DNA of 64,000 bases, from assembly GCA_043228905.1 (NCBI GenBank), contig JBHGNT010000028.1:124001-188000 (forward strand), read 5' to 3'. The notes under the pieces were generated by a model, which did not search any database, was not told the origin of the DNA, and saw only the letters and a program-made list of their open reading frames with translations. The position numbers and the translations under genes are program-made. Shown here one piece after another: positions 34,555 through 49,400 of the stretch (within the stretch, counting starts at the first letter, position 1; the number at the start of each line of letters is the position of its first letter). The DNA is from Azolla caroliniana. Lineage: Eukaryota; Plantae; Polypodiophyta.

Positions 34555-37500
34555 CAGATATGAACATTTTAATTTACCTACTAGCTCTCCCCAACTCACT
34601 CCTCAAATTTGCTAATTCCGTCATGTCTCTCGACATGAGTTTCAAAATCTGGATTTTTTAATTCCATATCATAGCTAGCGTTGTTAGCTTCGATTCGCAT
34701 GTTTGAACACAAAAATCCGATATCACACTCGCCAGATATGAACATTTTAATTTACCTAGCAGCTCTTCCCAACTCACTCCTCAAATTTGCTAATTTCGTC
34801 ATGTCTCTCGACATGAGTTTCAAAATCTTGATTTTTTAATTCCATATGATAGCTAGCGTTGTTAGCTTCGATTCGCATGTTTGAACACAAAAATCCGATA
34901 TCACACTCCCCCGGTATGAACATGTTAATTTACCTACTAGCTCTTCCCAACTCACTCCTCAAATTTGGGAATTTCGTCATGTCTCTCGACCTGAGTTTCA
35001 AAATCTGGATTTTTTAATTCCATATCGTAACTAGCGTTGTTAGCTTCGATTTACATGTTTGAACACAAAAATCCGATATCACACGAGCCAGGTATGATCA
35101 TTTTAATTTACTCAAGGGCTCTTCTCAACTCCGTCGTCAAGGTTGCTAATTTTTTCATGTCTCTCGACCTGAGTTTCAAAATCTTGATTTTTTAATTCCA
35201 TATCATAGCTAGCGTTGTTAGCTTCGATTCGCATGTTTGAACACAAAAAACCGATATCACACGCACCAGATATGAACATTTTAATTTACCTACTAGCTCT
35301 TCCCAACTCACTCCTCAAATTTGGGAATTTCGTCATATCTCTCGACCTGAGTTTCAAAATCTTGATTTTTTAATTCGAGATCATAGCTAGCGTTGTTAGC
35401 TTCGATTCGCATGTTTGAACACAGAAATCCGATATCACACTCGCCAGATATGAACATTTTAATTTACCTACTAGCTCTCCCCAACTCACTCCTCAAATTT
35501 GCTAATTCCGTCATGTCTCTCTACCTGAGTTTCAAAATCTTGATTTTTTAATTCCATATCATAGCTCGCGTTGTTAGCTTCGATTCGCATGTTTGAACAC
35601 AAAAATCCGATATCACACTCGCCAGATATGAACATTTTAATTTACCTACTAGCTCTCCCCAACTCACTCCTCAAATTTGCTAATTCCGTCATGTCTCTCG
35701 ACATGAGTTTCAAAATCTGGATTTTTTAATTCCATATCATAGCTAGCGTTGTTAGCTTCGATTCGCATGTTTGAACACAAAAATCCGATATCACACTCGC
35801 CAGATATGAACATTTTAATTTACCTACTAGCTCTCCCCAACTCACTCCTCAAATTTGCTAATTCCGTCATGTCTCTCGACATGAGTTTCAAAATCTGGAT
35901 TTTTTAATTCCATATCATAGCTAGCGTTGTTAGCTTCGATTCGCATGTTTGAACACAGAAATCCGATATCACACTCGCCAGATATGAACATTTTAATTTA
36001 CCTACTAGCTCTTCCCAACTCACTCCTCAAATTTGGGAATTTCGTCATGTCTCTCGACCTGAGTTTCAAAATCTAGATTTTTTAATTCCATATCGTAACT
36101 AGCGTTGTTAGCTTCGATTTACATGTTTGAACACAAAAATCCGATATCAGACGAGCCAGGTATGATCATTTTAATTTACTCAAGGGCTCTTCTCAACTCC
36201 GTCGTCAAGGTTGCTAATTTTTTCATGTCTCTCGACCTGAGTTTCAAAATCTTGATTTTTTAATTCCATATCATAGCTAGCGTTGTTAGCTTCGATTCGC
36301 ATGTTTGAACACAAAAAACCGATATCACACGCACCAGATATGAACATTTTAATTTACCTACTAGCTCTTCCCAACTCACTCCTCAAATTTGGGAATTTCG
36401 TCATATCTCTCGACCTGAGTTTCAAAATCTTGATTTTTTAATTCGAGATCATAGCTAGCGTTGTTAGCTTCGATTCGCATGTTTGAACACAAAAATCCGA
36501 TATCACACTCGCCAGATATGAACATTTTAATTTACCTACTAGCTCTCCCCAACTCACTCCTCAAATTTGCTAATTCCGTCATGTCTCTCTACCTGAGTTT
36601 CAAAATCTTGATTTTTTAATTCCATATCATAGCTCGCGTTGTTAGCTTCGATTCGCATGTTTGAACACAAAAATCCGATATCACACTCGCCAGATATGAA
36701 CATTTTAATTTACCTACTAGCTCTCCCAAACTCACTCCTCAAATTTGCTAATTCCGTCATGTCTCTCGACATGAGTTTCAAAATCTGAATTTTTTAATTC
36801 CATATCATAGCTAGCGTTGTTAGCTTCGATTCGCATGTTTGAACACAGAAATCCGATATCACACTCGCCAGATATGAACATTTTAATTTACCTACTAGCT
36901 CTTCCCAACTCACTCCTCAAATTTGGGAATTTCGTCATGTCTCTCGACCTGAGTTTCAAAATCTGGATTTTTTAATTCCATATCGTAACTAGCGTTGTTA
37001 GCTTCGATTTACATGTTTGAACACAAAAATCCGATATCAGACGAGCCAGGTATGATCATTTTAATTTACTCAAGGGCTCTTCTCAACTCCGTCGTCAAGG
37101 TTGCTAATTTTTTCATGTCTCTCGACCTGAGTTTCAAAATCTTGATTTTTTAATTCCATATCATAGCTAGCGTTGTTAGCTTCGATTCGCATGTTTGAAC
37201 ACAAAAATCCGATATCACACGCACCAGATATGAACATTTTAATTTACCTACTAGCTCTCCCCAACTCACTCCTCAAATTTGCTAATTCCGTCATGTCTCT
37301 CGACATGAGTTTCAAAATCTGGATTTTTTAATTCCATATCATAGCTAGCGTTGTTAGCTTCGATTCGCATGTTTGAACACAAAAATCCGATATCACACTC
37401 GCCAGATATGAACATTTTAATTTACCTAGCAGCTCTTCCCAACTCACTCCTCAAATTTGCTAATTTCGTCATGTCTCTCGACATGAGTTTCAAAATCTTG

Positions 37501-39925
37501 ATTTTTTAATTCCATATGATAGCTAGCGTTGTTAGCTTCGATTCGCATGTTTGAACACAAAAATCCGATATCACACTCCCCCGGTATGAACATTTTAATT
37601 TACCTACTAGCTCTTCCCAACTCACTCCTCAAATTTGGGAATTTCGTCATGTCTCTCGACCTGAGTTTCAAAATCTGGATTTTTTAATTCCATATCGTAA
37701 CTAGCGTTGTTAGCTTCGATTTACATGTTTGAACACAAAAATCCGATATCACACGAGCCAGGTATGATCATTTTAATTTACTCAAGGGCTCTTCTCAACT
37801 CCGTCGTCAAGGTTGCTAATTTTTTCATGTCTCTCGACCTGAGTTTCAAAATCTTGATTTTTTAATTCCATATCATAGCTAGCGTTGTTAGCTTCGATTC
37901 GCATGTTTGAACACAAAAAACCGATATCACACGCACCAGATATGAACATTTTAATTTACCTACTAGCTCTTCCCAACTCACTCCTCAAATTTGGGAATTT
38001 CGTCATATCTCTCGACCTGAGTTTCAAAATCTTGATTTTTTAATTCGAGATCATAGCTAGCGTTGTTAGCTTCGATTCGCATGTTTGAACACAGAAATCC
38101 GATATCACACTCGCCAGATATGAACATTTTAATTTACCTACTAGCTCTCCCCAACTCACTCCTCAAATTTGCTAATTCCGTCATGTCTCTCTACCTGAGT
38201 TTCAAAATCTTGATTTTTTAATTCCATATCATAGCTCGCGTTGTTAGCTTCGATTCGCATGTTTGAACACAAAAATCCGATATCACACTCGCCAGATATG
38301 AACATTTTAATTTACCTACTAGCTCTCCCCAACTCACTCCTCAAATTTGCTAATTCCGTCATGTCTCTCGACATGAGTTTCAAAATCTGGATTTTTTAAT
38401 TCCATATCATAGCTAGCGTTGTTAGCTTCGATTCGCATGTTTGAACACAAAAATCCGATATCACACTCGCCAGATATGAACATTTTAATTTACCTACTAG
38501 CTCTCCCCAACTCACTCCTCAAATTTGCTAATTCCGTCATGTCTCTCGACATGAGTTTCAAAATCTGGATTTTTTAATTCCATATCATAGCTAGCGTTGT
38601 TAGCTTCGATTCGCATGTTTGAACACAGAAATCCGATATCACACTCGCCAGATATGAACATTTTAATTTACCTACTAGCTCTTCCCAACTCACTCCTCAA
38701 ATTTGGGAATTTCGTCATGTCTCTCGACCTGAGTTTCAAAATCTAGATTTTTTAATTCCATATCGTAACTAGCGTTGTTAGCTTCGATTTACATGTTTGA
38801 ACACAAAAATCCGATATCAGACGAGCCAGGTATGATCATTTTAATTTACTCAAGGGCTCTTCTCAACTCCGTCGTCAAGGTTGCTAATTTTTTCATGTCT
38901 CTCGACCTGAGTTTCAAAATCTTGATTTTTTAATTCCATATCATAGCTAGCGTTGTTAGCTTCGATTCGCATGTTTGAACACAAAAAACCGATATCACAC
39001 GCACCAGATATGAACATTTTAATTTACCTACTAGCTCTTCCCAACTCACTCCTCAAATTTGGGAATTTCGTCATATCTCTCGACCTGAGTTTCAAAATCT
39101 TGATTTTTTAATTCGAGATCATAGCTAGCATTGTTAGCTTCGATTCGCATGTTTGAACACAAAAATCCGATATCACACTCGCCAGATATGAACATTTTAA
39201 TTTACCTACTAGCTCTCCCCAACTCACTCCTCAAATTTGCTAATTCCGTCATGTCTCTCTACCTGAGTTTCAAAATCTTGATTTTTTAATTCCATATCAT
39301 AGCTCGCGTTGTTAGCTTCGATTCGCATGTTTGAACACAAAAATCCGATATCACACTCGCCAGATATGAACATTTTAATTTACCTACTAGCTCTCCCAAA
39401 CTCACTCCTCAAATTTGCTAATTCCGTCATGTCTCTCGACATGAGTTTCAAAATCTGAATTTTTTAATTCCATATCATAGCTAGCGTTGTTAGCTTCGAT
39501 TCGCATGTTTGAACACAGAAATCCGATATCACACTCGCCAGATATGAACATTTTAATTTACCTACTAGCTCTTCCCAACTCACTCCTCAAATTTGGGAAT
39601 TTCGTCATGTCTCTCGACCTGAGTTTCAAAATCTGGATTTTTTAATTCCATATCGTAACTAGCGTTGTTAGCTTCGATTTACATGTTTGAACACAAAAAT
39701 CCGATATCAGACGAGCCAGGTATGATCATTTTAATTTACTCAAGGGCTCTTCTCAACTCCGTCGTCAAGGTTGCTAATTTTTTCATGTCTCTCGACCTGA
39801 GTTTCAAAATCTTGATTTTTTAATTCCATATCATAGCTAGCGTTGTTAGCTTCGATTCGCATGTTTGAACACAAAAAACCGATATCACACGCACCAGATA
39901 TGAACATTTTAATTTACCTACTAGC
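34555..39925. repeat. Tandem duplication of a 15-monomer block (2,670 bp)
   Basis: Markers ATCTAGATTT (36071/38741) and CTCTCCCAAA (36721/39391) are offset by 2670. Confidence 0.88.
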
Positions 39926-41479
39926 TCTTCCCAACTCACTCCTCAAATTTGGGAATTTCGTCATATCTCTCGACCTGAGTTTCAAAATCTTGATTTTTTA
40001 ATTCGAGATCATAGCTAGCGTTGTTAGCTTCGATTCGCATGTTTGAACACAAAAATCCGATATCACACTCGCCAGATATGAACATTTTAATTTACCTACT
40101 AGCTCTCCCCAACTCACTCCTCAAATTTGCTAATTCCGTCATGTCTCTCTACCTGAGTTTCAAAATCTTGATTTTTTAATTCCATATCATAGCTCGCGTT
40201 GTTAGCTTCGATTCGCATGTTTGAACACAAAAATCCGATATCACACTCGCCAGATATGAACATTTTAATTTACCTACTAGCTCTCCCCAACTCACTCCTC
40301 AAATTTGCTAATTCCGTCATGTCTCTCGACATGAGTTTCAAAATCTGGATTTTTTAATTCCATATCATAGCTAGCGTTGTTAGCTTCGATTCGCATGTTT
40401 GAACACAAAAATCCGATATCACACTCGCCAGATATGAACATTTTAATTTACCTAGCAGCTCTTCCCAACTCACTCCTCAAATTTGCTAATTTCGTCATGT
40501 CTCTCGACATGAGTTTCAAAATCTTGATTTTTTAATTCCATATGATAGCTAGCGTTGTTAGCTTCGATTCGCATGTTTGAACACAAAAATCCGATATCAC
40601 ACTCCCCCGGTATGAACATTTTAATTTACCTACTAGCTCTTCCCAACTCACTCCTCAAATTTGGGAATTTCGTCATGTCTCTCGACCTGAGTTTCAAAAT
40701 CTGGATTTTTTAATTCCATATCGTAACTAGCGTTGTTAGCTTCGATTTACATGTTTGAACACAAAAATCCGATATCACACGAGCCAGGTATGATCATTTT
40801 AATTTACTCAAGGGCTCTTCTCAACTCCGTCGTCAAGGTTGCTAATTTCTTCATGTCTCTCGACCTGAGTTTCAAAATCTTGATTTTTTAATTCCATATC
40901 ATAGCTAGCGTTGTTAGCTTCGATTCGCATGTTTGAACACAAAAATCCGATATCACACTCGCCAGATATGAACATTTTAATTTACCTACTAGCTCTCCCC
41001 AACTCACTCCTCAAATTTGCTAATTCCGTCATGTCTCTCGACATGAGTTTCAAAATCTTGATTTTTTAATTCCATATCATAGCTAGCGTTGTTAGCTTCG
41101 ATTCGCATGTTTGAACACAAAAATCCGATATCACCCTCGCCAGATATGAACATTTTAATTTACCTAGCAGCTCTTCCCAACTCACTCCTCAAATTTGCTA
41201 ATTTCGTCATGTCTCTCGACATGAGTTTCAAAATCTTGATTTTTTAATTCCATATCATAGCTAGCGTTAGCTTCGATTCGCATGTTTGAACACAGAAATC
41301 CGATATCACACTCGCTAGATATGAACATTTTAATTTACCTAGCAGCTCTTCCCAACTCACTCCTCAAATTTGCTAATTTCGTCATGTCTCTCGACATGAG
41401 TTTCAAAATCTTGATTTTTTAATTCCATATCATAGCTCGCGTTGTTAGCTTCGATTCGCATGTTTGAACACAAAAATCC

Positions 41480-44400
41480 GATATCACACTCGCCAGTTAT
41501 GAACATTTTAATTTACCTACTAGCTCTTCCCAACTCCCTCCTCATGTTGCTAATTTCGTCATGTCTCTCGACGTGAGTTTCAAAATCTTGATTTTTTAAC
41601 GCCATATCATAGCTAACGTTGTTAGCTTCGATTCACATGATTGAACACAAAAATCCGATATCACACTCGCCAGTTATGAACATTTTAATTTACCTACTAG
41701 CTCTTCCCAACTCCCTCCTCATGTTGCTAATTTCGTGATGTCTCTCGACCTGAGTTTCAAAATCTTGATTTTTTAATTCCATATCATAGCTAGCGTTGTC
41801 AGCTTCGATTGGCATGTTTGAACACAAAAATCCGATATCACACGAGCCAGGTATGATCATTTTAATTTACTCAAGGGCTCTTCTCAACTCCCTCGTCAAG
41901 GTTGCTAATTTCGTCATGTCTCTCGACCTGAGTTTCAAAATCTTGATTTTTTCATTCCATATCATAGCTAGCGTTGTTAGCTTCGATTCGCATGTTTGAA
42001 CACAAAAAACCGATATCACACTCACCAGATATGAACATTTTAATTTACCTACTAGCTCTTCCCAACTCACTCCTCATGTTGCTAATTTCGTCATGTCTCT
42101 CGACCTGAGTTTCAAAATCTTGATTTTTTAATTCCATATCCTAGCTAGCGTTGTGAGCTTCGATTCCATGTTTGAACACAAAAATCCGATATCCCACTCG
42201 CCAGTTATGAACATTTTAATTTACCTACTAGCTCTTCCCAACTCACTCCTCAAATTTGCTAATTTCCTCATGTCTCTCGACCTGAGTTTCAAAATCTTGA
42301 TTTTTTAATTGCATATCATAGCTAGCGTTGTTAGCTTCGATTCGCATGTTTGAACACAAAAATCCGATATCACACTCGCCAGTTATGAACATTTTAATTT
42401 ACCTAGTAGCTCTTCCCAACTCCCTCCTAATGTTGCTAATTTCGTCATGTCTCTCGACCTGAGTTTCAAAATCTTGATTTTTTAATTCGAGATCATAGCT
42501 AGCGTTGTTAGCTTCGATTCGCATGTTTGAACACAAAAATCCGATATCACACTCGCCAGATATGAACATTTGAATTTACCTACTAGCTCTTCCCAACTCA
42601 CTCCTCAAATTTGGGAATTTCGTCATGTCTCTCGACCTGAGTTTCAAAATCTTGAGTTTTTAATTCCATATCGTAGCTAGCGTTGTTAGCTTCAATTCAC
42701 ATGTTTGAACACAAAAATCCGATATCACACGAGCCAGGTATGATCATTTTAATTTACTCAAGAGCTCTTCCCAACTCCCTCCTCATGTAGCTAATTTTGT
42801 CATGTCTCTCGACCTGAGTTTCAAAATCTTGATTTTTTAATTCCATATCATAGCTAGCGTTGTTAGCTTCGATTCGCATGTTTGAACACAGAAATCCGAT
42901 ATCACACTCGCCAGATATGAACATTTTAATTTACCTAGCAGCTCTTCCCAACTCACTCCTCAAATTTGCTAATTTCGTCATGTCTCTCGACATGAGTTTC
43001 AAAATCTTGATTTTTTAATTCCATATCATAGCTCGCGTTGTTAGCTTCGATTCGCATGTTTGAACACAAAAATCCGATATCGCACTCGCCAGTTATGAAC
43101 ATTTTAATTTACCTACTAGCTCTTCCCAACTCCCTCCTCATGTTGCTAATTTCGTCATGTCTCTCGACGTGAGTTTCAAAATCTTGATTTTTGAATTCCA
43201 TATCATAGCTAGCGTTGTTAGCTTCGATTCGCATGGTTGAACACAAAAATCCGATATAACACTCGCCAGTTATGAACATTTTAATTTACCTACTAGCTCT
43301 TCCCAACTCCCTCCTCATGTTGCTAATTTCGTCATGTCTCTCGACCTGAGTTTCAAAATCTTGATTTTTTAATTCCATATCCTAGCTAGCGTTGTTAGCT
43401 TCGATTCGCATGTTTGAACACAAAAATCCGATATCACACTCGCCAGATATGAACATTTTAATTTACCTACTAGCTCTTCCCAACTCACTCCTCAAATTTG
43501 GGAATTTCGTCATGTCTCTCGACCTGAGTTTCAAAATCTTGATTTTTTAATTCCATATCATAGCTAGCGTTGTTAGCTTCGATTCGCATGTTTGAACACA
43601 AAAATCCGATATCCCACTCGCCAGATATGAACATTTTAATTTACCTAGTAGCTCTTCCCAACTCACTCCTCAAATTTGGGAATTTCGTCATGTCTCTCGA
43701 CCTGAGTTTCAAAATCTTGATTTTTTAATTCCATATCATAGCTAACGTTGTTAGCTTCGATTCGCATGATTGAACACAAAAATCCGATATCACACGAGCC
43801 AGGTATCATCATTTTAATTTACCTACTAGCTCTTCCCAACTCCCTCCTCATGTTGCTAATTTTGTCATGTCTCTCGACCTGAGTTTCAAAATCTTGATTT
43901 TTTAATTCCATATCCTAGCTAGCGTTGTTAGCTTCGATTCGCATGTTTGAACACAAAAATCCGATATCCCACTCGCCAGATATGAATATTTTAATTTACC
44001 TACTAGCTCTTCCCAACTCACTCCTCAAATTTGCTAATTTCCTCATGTCTCTCGACCTGAGTTTCAAAATCTTGATTTTTTAATTCCATATCGTAGCTAG
44101 CGTTGTTAGCTTCGATTCACATGTTTGAACACAAAAAACCGATATCACACTCGCCAGTTATGAACATTTTAATTTACCTACTAGCTCTTCCCAACTCCCT
44201 CCTCATGTTGCTAATTTCGTCATGTCTCTCGACGTGAGTTTCAAAATCTTGATTTTTTAACGCCATATCATAGCTAACGTTGTTAGCTTCGATTCACATG
44301 ATTGAACACAAAAATCCGATATCACACTCGCCAGTTATGAACATTTTAATTTACCTACTAGCTCTTCCCAACTCCCTCCTCATGTTGCTAATTTCGTGAT

Positions 44401-46480
44401 GTCTCTCGACCTGAGTTTCAAAATCTTGATTTTTTAATTCCATATCATAGCTAGCGTTGTCAGCTTCGATTGGCATGTTTGAACACAAAAATCCGATATC
44501 ACACGAGCCAGGTATGATCATTTTAATTTACTCAAGGGCTCTTCTCAACTCCCTCGTCAAGGTTGCTAATTTCGTCATGTCTCTCGACCTGAGTTTCAAA
44601 ATCTTGATTTTTTCATTCCATATCATAGCTAGCGTTGTTAGCTTCGATTCGCATGTTTGAACACAAAAAACCGATATCACACTCACCAGATATGAACATT
44701 TTAATTTACCTACTAGCTCTTCCCAACTCACTCCTCATGTTGCTAATTTCGTCATGTCTCTCGACCTGAGTTTCAAAATCTTGATTTTTTAATTCCATAT
44801 CCTAGCTAGCGTTGTGAGCTTCGATTCACATGTTTGAACACAAAAATCCGATATCCCACTCGCCAGTTATGAACATTTTAATTTACCTACTAGCTCTTCC
44901 CAACTCACTCCTCAAATTTGCTAATTTCCTCATGTCTCTCGACCTGAGTTTCAAAATCTTGATTTTTTAATTGCATATCATAGCTAGCGTTGTTAGCTTC
45001 GATTCGCATGTTTGAACACAAAAATCCGATATCACACTCGCCAGTTATGAACATTTTAATTTACCTAGTAGCTCTTCCCAACTCCCTCCTAATGTTGCTA
45101 ATTTCGTCATGTCTCTCGACCTGAGTTTCAAAATCTTGATTTTTTAATTCGAGATCATAGCTAGCGTTGTTAGCTTCGATTCGCATGTTTGAACACAAAA
45201 ATCCGATATCACACTCGCCAGATATGAACATTTGAATTTACCTACTAGCTCTTCCCAACTCACTCCTCAAATTTGGGAATTTCGTCATGTCTCTCGACCT
45301 GAGTTTCAAAATCTTGATTTTTTAATTCCATATCGTAGCTACTAGCTCTTCCCAACTCCCTCCTCATGTAGCTAATTTTGTCATGTCTCTCGACCTGAGT
45401 TTCAAAATCTTGATTTTTTAATTCCATATCATAGCTAGCGTTGTTAGCTTCGATTCGCATGTTTGAACACAGAAATCCGATATCACACTCGCCAGATATG
45501 AACATTTTAATTTACCTAGCAGCTCTTCCCAACTCACTCCTCAAATTTGCTAATTTCGTCATGTCTCTCGACATGAGTTTCAAAATCTTGATTTTTTAAT
45601 TCCATATCATAGCTCGCGTTGTTAGCTTCGATTCGCATGTTTGAACACAAAAATCCGATATCGCACTCGCCAGTTATGAACATTTTAATTTACCTACTAG
45701 CTCTTCCCAACTCCCTCCTCATGTTGCTAATTTCGTCATGTCTCTCGACGTGAGTTTCAAAATCTCGATTTTTGAATTCCATATCATAGCTAGCGTTGTT
45801 AGCTTCGATTCGCATGGTTGAACACAAAAATCCGATATAACACTCGCCAGTTATGAACATTTTAATTTACCTACTAGCTCTTCCCAACTCCCTCCTCATG
45901 TTGCTAATTTCGTCATGTCTCTCGACCTGAGTTTCAAAATCTTGATTTTTTAATTCCATATCCTAGCTAGCGTTGTTAGCTTCGATTCGCATGTTTGAAC
46001 ACAAAAATCCGATATCACACTCGCCAGATATGAACATTTTAATTTACCTACTAGCTCTTCCCAACTCACTCCTCAAATTTGGGAATTTCGTCATGTCTCT
46101 CGACCTGAGTTTCAAAATCTTGATTTTTTAATTCCATATCATAGCTAACGTTGTTAGCTTCGATTCGCATGATTGAACACAAAAATCCGATATCACACGA
46201 GCCAGGTATCATCATTTTAATTTACCTACTAGCTCTTCCCAACTCCCTCCTCATGTTGCTAATTTTGTCATGTCTCTCGACCTGAGTTTCAAAATCTTGA
46301 TTTTTTAATTCCATATCCTAGCTAGCGTTGTTAGCTTCGATTCGCATGTTTGAACACAAAAATCCGATATCCCACTCGCCAGATATGAATATTTTAATTT
46401 ACCTACTAGCTCTTCCCAACTCACTCCTCAAATTTGCTAATTTCCTCATGTCTCTCGACCTGAGTTTCAAAATCTTGATT
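41480..46480. repeat. Tandem duplication of a 15-monomer block (~2,661 bp); second copy carries deletions
   Basis: ORF-track twins at 41796/44457; markers TTAACGCC, TTGTGAGC, GCATGGTTG and GGTATCATC each occur in both copies. An 81-bp net deletion lies at ~45341. Boundaries approximate. Confidence 0.85.
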
Positions 46481-49400
46481 TTTTAATTGCATATCATAGC
46501 TAGCGTTGTTAGCTTCGATTCGCATGTTTGAACACAAAAATCCGATATCACACTCGCCAGATATGAACATTTTAATTTACCTACTAGCTCTTCCCAACTC
46601 ACTCCTCAAATTTGGGAATTTCGTCATGTCTCTCGACCTGAGTTTCAAAATCTTGATTTTTTAATTCCATATCGTAGCTAGCGTTGTTAGCTTCGATTCA
46701 CATGTTTGAACACAAAAATCCGATATCACACGAGCCAGGTATGATCATTTTAATTTGCTCAAGGGCTCTTCTCAACTCCCTCGTCAAGGTTGCTAATTTC
46801 TTCATGTCTCTCGACCTGAGTTTCAAAATCTTGATTTTTTAATTCCATATCATAGCTAGCGTTGTTAGCTTCGATTCGCATGTTTGAACACAAAAAACCG
46901 ATATCACACTCACCAGATATGAACATTTTAATTTACCTACTAGCTCTTCCCAACTCACTCCTCAAATTTGGGAATTTCGTCATGTCTCTCGACCTGAGTT
47001 TCAAAATCTGGATTTTTTAATTCCATATCATAGCTAGCGTTGTTAGCTTCGATTCGCATGTTTGAACACAAAAATCCGATATCACACTCGCCAGGTATGA
47101 TTATTTTAATTTACTCAAGGGCTCTTCTCAACTCCCTCGTCAAGGTTGCTAATTTCTTCATGTCTCTCGACCTGAGTTTCAAAATCTTGATTTTTTAATT
47201 CCATATCATAGCTAGCGTTGTTAGCATCGATTCGCATGTTTGAACACAAAAAACCGATATCACACTCCCCAGATATGAACATTTTAATTTACCTACTAGC
47301 TCTTCCCAACTCACTCCTCAAATTTGGGAATTTCGTCATGTCTCTCGACCTGAGTTTCAAAATCTGGATTTTTTAATTCCATATCATAGCTAGCGTTGTT
47401 AGCTTCGATTCGCATGTTTGAACACAAAAATCCGATATCACACTCGCCAGATATGAACATTTTAATTTACCTAGCAGCTCTTCCCAACTCACTCCTCAAA
47501 TTTGCTAATTTCGTCATGTCTCTCGACATGAGTTTCAAAATCTTGATTTTTTAATTCCATATCATAGCTAGCGTTGTTAGCTTCGATTCGCATGTTTGAA
47601 CACAAAAATCCGATATAACACTCGCCAGTTATGAACATTTTAATTTACCTAGTAGCTCTTCCCAACTCCCTCCTCATGTTGCTAATTTCGTCATGTCTCT
47701 CGACCTGAGTTTCAAAATCTTGATTTTTTAATTCCAGATCCTAGCTAGCGTTGTTAGCTTCGATTCGCATGTTTGAACACAAAAATCCGATATCACACTC
47801 GCCAGATATGAACATATTAATTTACCTACTAGCTCTTCCCAACTCACTCCTCAAATTTGGGAATTTCGTCATGTCTCTCGACCTGAGTTTCAAAATCTTG
47901 ATTTTTTAATTCCATATCATAGCTAGCGTTGTTAGCTTCGATTCGCATGTTTGAACACAAAAATCCGATATCCCACTCGCCAGATATGAACATTTTAATT
48001 TACCTAGTAGCTCTTCCCAACTCCCTCCTCATGTTGCTAATTTCGTCATGTCTCTCGACGTGAGTTTCAAAATCTTGATTTTTTAATGCCATATCATAGC
48101 TAACATTGTTAGCTTCGATTCACATGATTGAACACAAAAATCCGATATCACACTCGCCAGTTATGAACATTTTAATTTACCTACTAGCTCTTCCCAACTC
48201 CCTCCTCATGTTGCTAATTTCGTGATGTCTCTCGACGTGAGTTTCAAAATCTTGATTTTTTAATTCCATATCATAGCTACCGTTGTTAGCTTCGATTCGC
48301 ATGTTTGAACACAAAAATCCGATATAACACTCGCCAGTTATGAACATTTTAATTTACCTAGTAGCTCTTCCCAACTCCCTCCTCATGTTGCTAATTTCGT
48401 CATGTCTCTCGACCTGAGTTTCAAAATCTTGATTTTTTAATTCCATATCATAGCTAGCGTTGTTAGCTTCGATTCGCATGTTTGAACACAAAAATCCGAT
48501 ATCCCACTCGCCAGATATGAACATTTTAATTTACCTAGTAGCTCTTCCCAACTCCCTCCTCATGTTGCTAATTTCGTCATGTCTCTCGACGTGAGTTTCA
48601 AAATCTTGATTTTTTAATGCCATATCATAGCTAACGTTGTTAGCTTCGATTCACATGATTGAACACAAAAATCCGATATCACACTCGCCAGTTATGAACA
48701 TTTTAATTTACCTACTAGCTCTTCCCAACGCCCTCCTCATGTTGCTAATTTTGTCATGTCTCTCGACCTGAGTTTCAAAATCTTGATTTTTTAATTCCAT
48801 ATCCTAGCTAGCGTTGTTAGCTTCGATTCGCATGTTTGAACACAAAAATCCGATATCCCACTCGCCAGATATGAATATTTTAATTTACCTACTAGCTCTT
48901 CCCAACTCACTCCTCAAATTTGCTAATTTCCTCATGTCTCTCGACCTGAGTTTCAAAATCTTGATTTTTTAATTGCATATCATAGCTAGCGTTGTTAGCT
49001 TTGATTCGCATGTTTGAACACAAAAATCCGATATCACACTCGCCAGATATGAACATTTTAATTTACCTACTAGCTCTTCCCAACTCACTCCTCAAATTTG
49101 GGAATTTCGTCATGTCTCTCGACCTGAGTTTCAAAATCTTGATTTTTTAATTCCATATCGTAGCTAGCGTTGTTAGCTTCGATTCACATGTTTGAACACA
49201 AAAATCCGATATCACACGAGCCAGGTATGATCATTTTAATTTACTCAAGGGCTCTTCTCAACTCCCTCGTCAAGGTTGCTAATTTCTTCATGTCTCTCGA
49301 CCTGAGTTTTAAAATCTTGATTTTTTAATTCCATATCATAGCTAGCGTTGTTAGCTTCGATTCGCATGTTTGAACACAAAAAACCGATATCCCACTCGCC

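Noticed and set aside
45260-45505. 81-aa minus-strand ORF with an internal repeat
   Set aside because: It is a by-product of the 81-bp satellite deletion.
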